Source of the DNA: Candidatus Aenigmatarchaeota archaeon
Lineage (GTDB): Archaea; Aenigmatarchaeota; Aenigmatarchaeia; Aenigmatarchaeales; JACQIB01
Direction: 5' to 3'
NCBI GenBank assembly: GCA_043799675.1
Contig: JAZDNN010000024.1
Location: forward strand, 1 to 64,000
Length of the DNA stretch: 64,000 nucleotides
This document shows, in pieces, positions 59,213 through 64,000 of the stretch. The position numbers and the translations under genes are program-made. Position 1 is the first letter of the stretch. Each line of letters begins with the position of its first letter. The notes beneath the pieces were generated by a model that made no database searches, was not told the origin of the DNA, and worked only from the letters and a program-made list of their open reading frames with translations.

Positions 59213-60276
59213 ACGATAAGCGGTTCGACCTGTTTCCACCTCGTGATGTTCTTGCCGATTATTTCGAGAATCAATTCCTTTTTGGCCGTTTTCTCGGGAT
59301 GCCTCAACGGCAGCAATTCGAGCATCCGACGGACATCGGCCTTCCTGAAGATTTCTAAGGCGAAATAATCCTTGCTGTATCTTATACTGACCCCATGAGT
59401 GTCTCTGCCGTCCCCGCGCCTGAAAATCCTGTATAGAATTGGATTAAAGCCCTGTTCCCTTAGTTGCCGTTTTATCCTACCAAGCAAGGTTTTATTTTCG
59501 GTGCCTATCCGCATACAACACTGCAAATTTTCCCTGATTTTCTTGACCAGAAGCGACCCTTCCGCATCGAAGTAGCCGGCCAGGAACGACAGGAAAACAT
59601 TCCGTTCGGATTCGACCAACTCTGAAATCAATCGTTTCCTGTTTTCCAGCAAGAGGAAGTCGAAGCTGTTGTCGAGGTCTGCGGATGTCGTCCACATGTA
59701 ATTTCCAAAAGTTCTGTTCTTCGCAGGATATGTCCTTACCTTCGCATATCCTTTGAACAGGCTCTCGAAGACATCCAGGAATCCTTCATGAGTCGTGTTG
59801 GTTATGGCCCGAATGGTATGCTTCGATCTTCTGAAGGCTGTCACATCACCCTCCACGAAACCAACCATGTAAGCCTTTTCTTCATCCTTTCCATCAAAAC
59901 TTTGCCGTTCATGTTTCCTGTTTGTCAGCAGGATAGCCTCATCGTTTCCACGCACCCGAAAGCCGTTTTCTTCCAGCACCTTATGCAACGTGCCTTTGGA
60001 AGAACCAAATTTCTTGGCCAGCTTTTTCAACGATATTTTCTCCGTGTCATAAAGTCTCAGAATTTCCGTCACAGGCAGGTGTTTCCTGTGAGACAACGAA
60101 TGTGCCTGACTGAGATTCCTTATCGGTATGTCAAGTTTGATGAACCGTTTTCTTACGGCCGACCACGATATATCGTCTCCGAGCTTAACACTCAATATCG
60201 CCGCCACTTCTTTGAACGTCTTACCGGACGAATAGAGACTCTCGGCTTCCTTCAGGAGTTCGCTGTTCAGCTTCAT
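59041..60276 (-). CDS. LAGLIDADG endonuclease-like protein with N-terminal HTHs
   Basis: AYMVGFVEGD and SFLAGYFDAEGS; ISLKKLAKKFGSSKGTL; its 3' end overlaps rtcB. Confidence 0.85.
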   Translation of the reverse strand: MKLNSELLKEAESLYSSGKTFKEVAAILSVKLGDDISWSAVRKRFIKLDIPIRNLSQAHSLSHRKHLPVTEILRLYDTEKISLKKLAKKFGSSKGTLHKVLEENGFRVRGNDEAILLTNRKHERQSFDGKDEEKAYMVGFVEGDVTAFRRSKHTIRAITNTTHEGFLDVFESLFKGYAKVRTYPAKNRTFGNYMWTTSADLDNSFDFLLLENRKRLISELVESERNVFLSFLAGYFDAEGSLLVKKIRENLQCCMRIGTENKTLLGRIKRQLREQGFNPILYRIFRRGDGRDTHGVSIRYSKDYFALEIFRKADVRRMLELLPLRHPEKTAKKELILEIIGKNITRWKQVEPLIVQIRDEIKAKTMTSMGKAKRLYEARAVPLILPKGLSRTTFLLTPAISMVSTTSFRSL

Positions 60277-60331
60277 GGTCGTCTATTATATCCCGTTAGG
60301 CACTATAAATTGATATATATTCTCGAGCACA

Positions 60332-61408
60332 CTAATCATGCAGAATACATCCAAAAATATTATTATACCTTCCAGCGAGCGCATTTCTCAACCTGAACGT
60401 GTCGCCCTGCGCCGCATAGGCCATCCAGCCCTCAAGGCTTTTCGCAGCCTGTTCTGCCGAAATCTCACCGGATTCGTACTGCAGTCTGAGTGCCGTCATC
60501 CTTTTTTCGAGCTTCAGCAGGTTCCTCCTTTTTGGAATCCTGTAGTGGTAGAACACCCTGAAGCCGAGCAACGATATCCCCTTATGCAAAGGGTAGACCT
60601 GCGATTTTTCCTCATGCAACTCTAGCTTTAACCGTTGTTTGAGGAACCCGTTTATCCCGCTCCTGAACTGCATCAGCGCGGCCTCAGACCTGTCCAGAAT
60701 CACGAAGTCATCTACATACCGGAGATAGAACCTTGCCTTAAGCACGTGCTTCACGAAATGGTCCAGCTCATTCAGGTAGACGTTCGCGAAGAACTGGCTC
60801 GTCTGATTGCCTATCGGCATCCCCTTCGGCAGGGCAGGGTCGTTGTTCGACAGGATTTTCCGTACCAGCCAGAGCACGCTTTCGTCCCTTATTTTTCTCC
60901 GTATGATGCCAATCAGGACATCGTGGTCGACGCTCGGGAAATAGTGCCTTATGTCGGCCTTCAGTGCATAGCCGACCACCATGTTGTTGTCCTTCGCGCC
61001 GTGCACCAAACGGCCGTTCCCGGAAACCTTTCGCTTGAAGCAATCAAACCTGTCCAATGCTGCCAGGCCGCCCTTTCCCTTCCTGTTGGCGTAGCTGTCG
61101 TGGATGAACGTTTTGTCGAAAATCGGTTCGAGCACGTTGCATAACGCATGATGGACAACACGGTCCCTGAAATGCGAGGCATGAATTACCCGTGTCTTGG
61201 GGTCGCGGATGATGAACCGTTTCAACGGGCGCGGCGAATACGTACGATTTTCAAGCTCAGTTTTCAAATCTGCCAATTCGCCATCAAGATTAGCTTCGAA
61301 TCTTTTGACATACCATTTCTTCGACTTGCCCTTCCTCGCCTTTCTGAATGCCAGCAAAAGGTTCTCTGGCGAGCAGACCTTTCCGTAAAGGTTGTCAAAT
61401 GTTTTCAA
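60332..61408 (-). CDS. DGR reverse transcriptase
   Basis: RDRVVHHAL, KADIRHYFPS, GMPIGNQTSQFFAN, RYVDDF, LLGFR; 358 aa with no maturase extension. Confidence 0.95.
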   Translation of the reverse strand: MKTFDNLYGKVCSPENLLLAFRKARKGKSKKWYVKRFEANLDGELADLKTELENRTYSPRPLKRFIIRDPKTRVIHASHFRDRVVHHALCNVLEPIFDKTFIHDSYANRKGKGGLAALDRFDCFKRKVSGNGRLVHGAKDNNMVVGYALKADIRHYFPSVDHDVLIGIIRRKIRDESVLWLVRKILSNNDPALPKGMPIGNQTSQFFANVYLNELDHFVKHVLKARFYLRYVDDFVILDRSEAALMQFRSGINGFLKQRLKLELHEEKSQVYPLHKGISLLGFRVFYHYRIPKRRNLLKLEKRMTALRLQYESGEISAEQAAKSLEGWMAYAAQGDTFRLRNALAGRYNNIFGCILHD

Positions 61409-61457
61409 AAATATCCCCTATCGGCGGCCCGTGCTATTGGCGCAGACCCCGTTGTCA

Positions 61458-61490
61458 TTCAGGCTTCCCGCCAAAAGGCAATGAGGAAGT
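61458..61490 (-). other. Putative TR intron 3 (33 nt)
   Basis: Central helix CAGG/CCTG, bulges AA^A and AA^T, intron stem CTTCC/GGAAG; absent from the VRs. Confidence 0.8.
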
Positions 61491-61515
61491 TTCCTGTTCG
61501 AGGGCCTGTTCGCAT

Positions 61516-61546
61516 TTATGCCGGCGGAACGTTTCCTTCCAACCGT
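61516..61546 (-). other. Putative TR intron 2 (31 nt)
   Basis: Central helix ATGC/GCAT, bulges GA^A and AA^A, intron stem CGG..GGAA/TTCC..CCG; absent from the VRs. Confidence 0.8.
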
Positions 61547-61562
61547 TCGCATTGAAGCACCC

Positions 61563-61579
61563 TTGACGGCCCGAAGGCT
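61563..61579 (-). other. Putative TR intron 1 (17 nt)
   Basis: Central helix GACG/CGTC, bulges AG^A and AA^G, GCC-TTCG-GGC hairpin; absent from the VRs. Confidence 0.8.
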
Positions 61580-61853
61580 CTCGTCCGTGTTCCAATCCGA
61601 CCTGACGGAAGGGTTTCGGTAGCCTCTCCACCGACATGACACCGCGGCTTCAATCTTCGGGAACCTACCAACTGAAACCGCTGAATTTAATGGCACAAGC
61701 ATTCGGACGGCATGAAATGCCATCGCACCATCTTGCGCTCTATGGAAAGGCGTATAGCGCGGGCCTTTGCCGGGAGAATGAAATACCCGCCCCCCGATTG
61801 GGAAGGAAAGAACTCTGTCATGCAAAAATTGAGGGACGAAACGATTTATGCGC

Positions 61854-62600
61854 CTATTTTGAGGTCTTAACCGCTTTTTTTGCGGCGCAGACCCCGAGGT
61901 CATGCCTGAGCGAGGGCCCGCCCGCATCCGCATCGAAGCACCCCCCGTCGGAGTGCCAAGTCGACCTGACGGAAGCCACTTCAACCGGGATTAAGGCTTC
62001 TGTTTCGATTTCTACTATATCCAGTTTGTTGTCTTTCATCCTGTAAGAAGCCGCTTTCTGTTTGGCCAGCTTTTGGATGACCTCAAGATTATGATTCCAG
62101 TAATCGTCCATCGTTGCCTTGTATTCCTTGTCGGAATTCATCAGTTCAGCCGACTCCTGTGCCTTGAAGTGTCTTACTCCAAAGTCCAGCTTGAACTCCT
62201 CGGGTATTCTCTGATAGACCAGTTCCTGGATTATCCTGTCCGCATTGGCGATGAACCCTTTGCGTTTATAGTCCCTGAACTTTCCTGCGTCCCCTTTGGC
62301 CATCAGGAGCGCATAGCCTTTCTTTTCAAGGTCCTTTTCCAGCCTCTTTCCGTCAATTATGGCCAATATTTCATCGACCTCTCCCAACCTTTCTTTTACA
62401 GAAAAATCATCATCAAATATTACAGAGCCATTGTAAGCGGCCAGCTTCGAATCATACGCGCCTGCTGCACGCAGATAATCGAGAACACAGCCTTCAACAG
62501 TTACAGGCACGGCTTTTCCCGTGAACCTGAATTCCCCGTCGATAATCCTCACTTCAGGCTCGGGCATCACGACCGTTGTTATTTTGCTCATGATAATCAT
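61854..62600 (-). CDS. DGR target protein 1 (C-terminal VR, CLec-like fold inferred)
   Basis: Contains VR1 encoding SVRSTWHSDGGCFDADAGGPSLRHDLGVCA. Confidence 0.88.
   Translation of the reverse strand: MIIMSKITTVVMPEPEVRIIDGEFRFTGKAVPVTVEGCVLDYLRAAGAYDSKLAAYNGSVIFDDDFSVKERLGEVDEILAIIDGKRLEKDLEKKGYALLMAKGDAGKFRDYKRKGFIANADRIIQELVYQRIPEEFKLDFGVRHFKAQESAELMNSDKEYKATMDDYWNHNLEVIQKLAKQKAASYRMKDNKLDIVEIETEALIPVEVASVRSTWHSDGGCFDADAGGPSLRHDLGVCAAKKAVKTSK
61884..61975 (-). repeat. Variable repeat VR1 (92 nt)
   Basis: 16 mismatches to the joined TR, 14 of them at TR adenines. Confidence 0.9.
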
Positions 62601-62603
62601 TCT

Positions 62604-63329
62604 TCAGAAGTGCTTCTTCACGACTTCGAGGTCTTTCATCAAAGCGTCATATTTCTTTGACTTTTCCAGAAGCTCCCGGTATTCGCTCTCCGCGACCTCG
62701 CACATCTTCGGAAGCTCGGCCTTCTCGTCCGTTTTAAGGAGGGCGCAGACCCCGTCGTCAGCCCAGTGCGAGGGCCTGCCCGCAGTCGCATTGAAGCACC
62801 CCTCGCCCGTGGTCCAAGCCGACCTGACGGAAGCTTCACCGTTTTCAAACGAGATGCTTCCCCTCCAGACCTTCTTTTTCGGTTTCTTGAACAGCCCGGC
62901 ATTCACGAGTGTATCAAAGACGTCCGATTTGCTTATCCCGGCCCTTGTTCTTTTGCCGTCATATTTGAGTTCACCGTTCACTTCCTTCACGACGGGGTCG
63001 GCTATTATCTCGCCCTTCTCAAGGGCGACTTCCCTGTTGTGCAACCAATAATCAATATTCATTTTCTTGAACGACTTGTCCTCGTGCACCAAATCGTAAG
63101 AAACCTGCAACGGCAGGAGCGTGTAGCGCTCGCCGACCTTCTTTGATACTTCCTGACCGAGAAGCGTCATCTGCCTGTGGTCGAGGTTCGCCACGAGGCC
63201 ATTGCCTTTGTAGTCGTTGTGCCCTTCGGCAGGACTTCCCTTCCATTTCGGGAAATACACCGTTTCCTTGCCCGTGGGCGGCACTATCTTTCCCGCTATC
63301 TCATGGACGATTTCGGCCTGTGTTACCAT
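62604..63329 (-). CDS. DGR target protein 2 (VR followed by a helical tail)
   Basis: Contains VR2 encoding SVRSAWTTGEGCFNATAGRPSHWADDGVCA. Confidence 0.9.
   Translation of the reverse strand: MVTQAEIVHEIAGKIVPPTGKETVYFPKWKGSPAEGHNDYKGNGLVANLDHRQMTLLGQEVSKKVGERYTLLPLQVSYDLVHEDKSFKKMNIDYWLHNREVALEKGEIIADPVVKEVNGELKYDGKRTRAGISKSDVFDTLVNAGLFKKPKKKVWRGSISFENGEASVRSAWTTGEGCFNATAGRPSHWADDGVCALLKTDEKAELPKMCEVAESEYRELLEKSKKYDALMKDLEVVKKHF
62742..62833 (-). repeat. Variable repeat VR2 (92 nt)
   Basis: 11 mismatches to the joined TR, all at TR adenines. Confidence 0.92.
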
Positions 63330-63389
63330 GAGGACAATACCACCGCAAAGGATTTAAGCGGAAGACTGAACGTAAACGGCTTGAACTAC

Positions 63390-64000
63390 TCAATCGCCGC
63401 ATTCGTCCAAAGCCGCTTTCCTAAAATCCAACGATTTAGGAGGGTCCTTCAGAAACTGTTGATATTCGCTCTCCGCAATCTTGCGCACCTTCGGCTTCTC
63501 AACGGCCTTGCCCGTTTTCACGAAGGCGACAACCCCGCGGTCAGGCCCGGAGGAGGGCCAAGACGCACCCACAGCGAAGCACCCAAAACGGTTTCCCGAC
63601 TTGACGGAAGAAATGCCGTCATTCTCGTAAATGATGCCCCAATCACAGACGTTGTGATTGAGCTGCTTGAACAGTTTTGCGCTGGCAAGCGTCTTTATCA
63701 CGGACTCTGCGTCAATGTTCGCCTTTACGCTCCTGCAACCATCATTGAGCCTGAGCTCGCCGTCGACTTCGCTGACAATCGGGACGGAAATAACATCCCC
63801 GTTTCTCCGTATGACTTCCCTGTTGATTATCTTATAATCGGCCATCATTTTCTTGAAACTTCTGTCATTATGCACCAAATCATAACTCGTCTGAAACGGA
63901 AGTTCGGCATAACGCTCGCCCACTTTCTCGGATATCATCTGACCCAAGAACACGGACTGCCACTTATCGAGAGTCGCAACAAAACCCTTACCGTAACGAT
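63390..64000 (-). CDS. Paralog of target 2 with a degenerate VR (63525-63610); N-terminus lies beyond the window
   Basis: Frame stays open to the window edge (...RYGKGFVATLDKWQSVFLGQ...); KVGERY.ELPFQTSYDLVH matches target 2. Confidence 0.8.
   Translation of the reverse strand, partial: RYGKGFVATLDKWQSVFLGQMISEKVGERYAELPFQTSYDLVHNDRSFKKMMADYKIINREVIRRNGDVISVPIVSEVDGELRLNDGCRSVKANIDAESVIKTLASAKLFKQLNHNVCDWGIIYENDGISSVKSGNRFGCFAVGASWPSSGPDRGVVAFVKTGKAVEKPKVRKIAESEYQQFLKDPPKSLDFRKAALDECGD

Larger units (their letters stand above)
61439..61611 (-). repeat. DGR template repeat (173 nt genomic; 92 nt after removing three inserts)
   Basis: Matches VR1 and VR2 in four blocks; 22 adenines in the joined TR, many in AAC/AAT codons. 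Confidence 0.92.
60332..64000 (-). mobile_element. Diversity-generating retroelement cassette (targets-TR-RT); may extend beyond the window
   Basis: DGR-type RT, an AAC/AAT-rich TR, and VRs differing from it at TR adenines. Confidence 0.92.

Noticed and set aside
60332..61408. RT as a group II intron, retron or CRISPR-associated RT
   Set aside because: It is short with no maturase/endonuclease domain, has the IGNxxSQ motif, and sits next to a TR/VR pair with adenine-specific differences, which identifies a DGR.
61418..62046. ORFs 61418-61984 (-), 61455-61637 (-) and 61636-62046 (+) as an avd or other gene
   Set aside because: They are shadow frames over VR1, the structured leader and the TR, with no helical Avd-like character.

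Overview
This is an archaeal chromosome segment. Its gene content and style suggest a DPANN-type, possibly Aenigmarchaeota-like, lineage (inference). Most of the window is housekeeping: ribosomal proteins (eL21, eL31, eL39, eS19, eL37, eS8, eL33/L35Ae), SRP54, FtsY, prefoldin, Pus10, TrmY, CCA enzyme, eIF5A, histone, TFB, ArgRS, archease and RtcB. All six tRNA genes are split by bulge-helix-bulge (BHB)-type introns: 14 in total, 4 of them in tRNA-Met, and three genes share a homologous T-loop intron. The right end holds a diversity-generating retroelement (DGR): an RT, a template repeat (TR), two clear target genes and one degenerate paralog. The main observation is that the TR is interrupted by three short inserts (17, 31 and 33 nt), each folding as a tRNA-type BHB/BHL intron. 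Cutting them at the standard splicing-endonuclease positions gives a 92-nt TR exactly collinear with both variable repeats, with adenine-specific differences. This suggests a DGR whose template RNA has to be spliced. The neighbouring rtcB gene (tRNA-splicing ligase) is itself frameshifted by a 31-nt BHB-type insert whose removal restores the conserved H-x-G-Y-G-F-P-I-G motif. All alignments and folds were done by eye; splicing is inferred, not shown.
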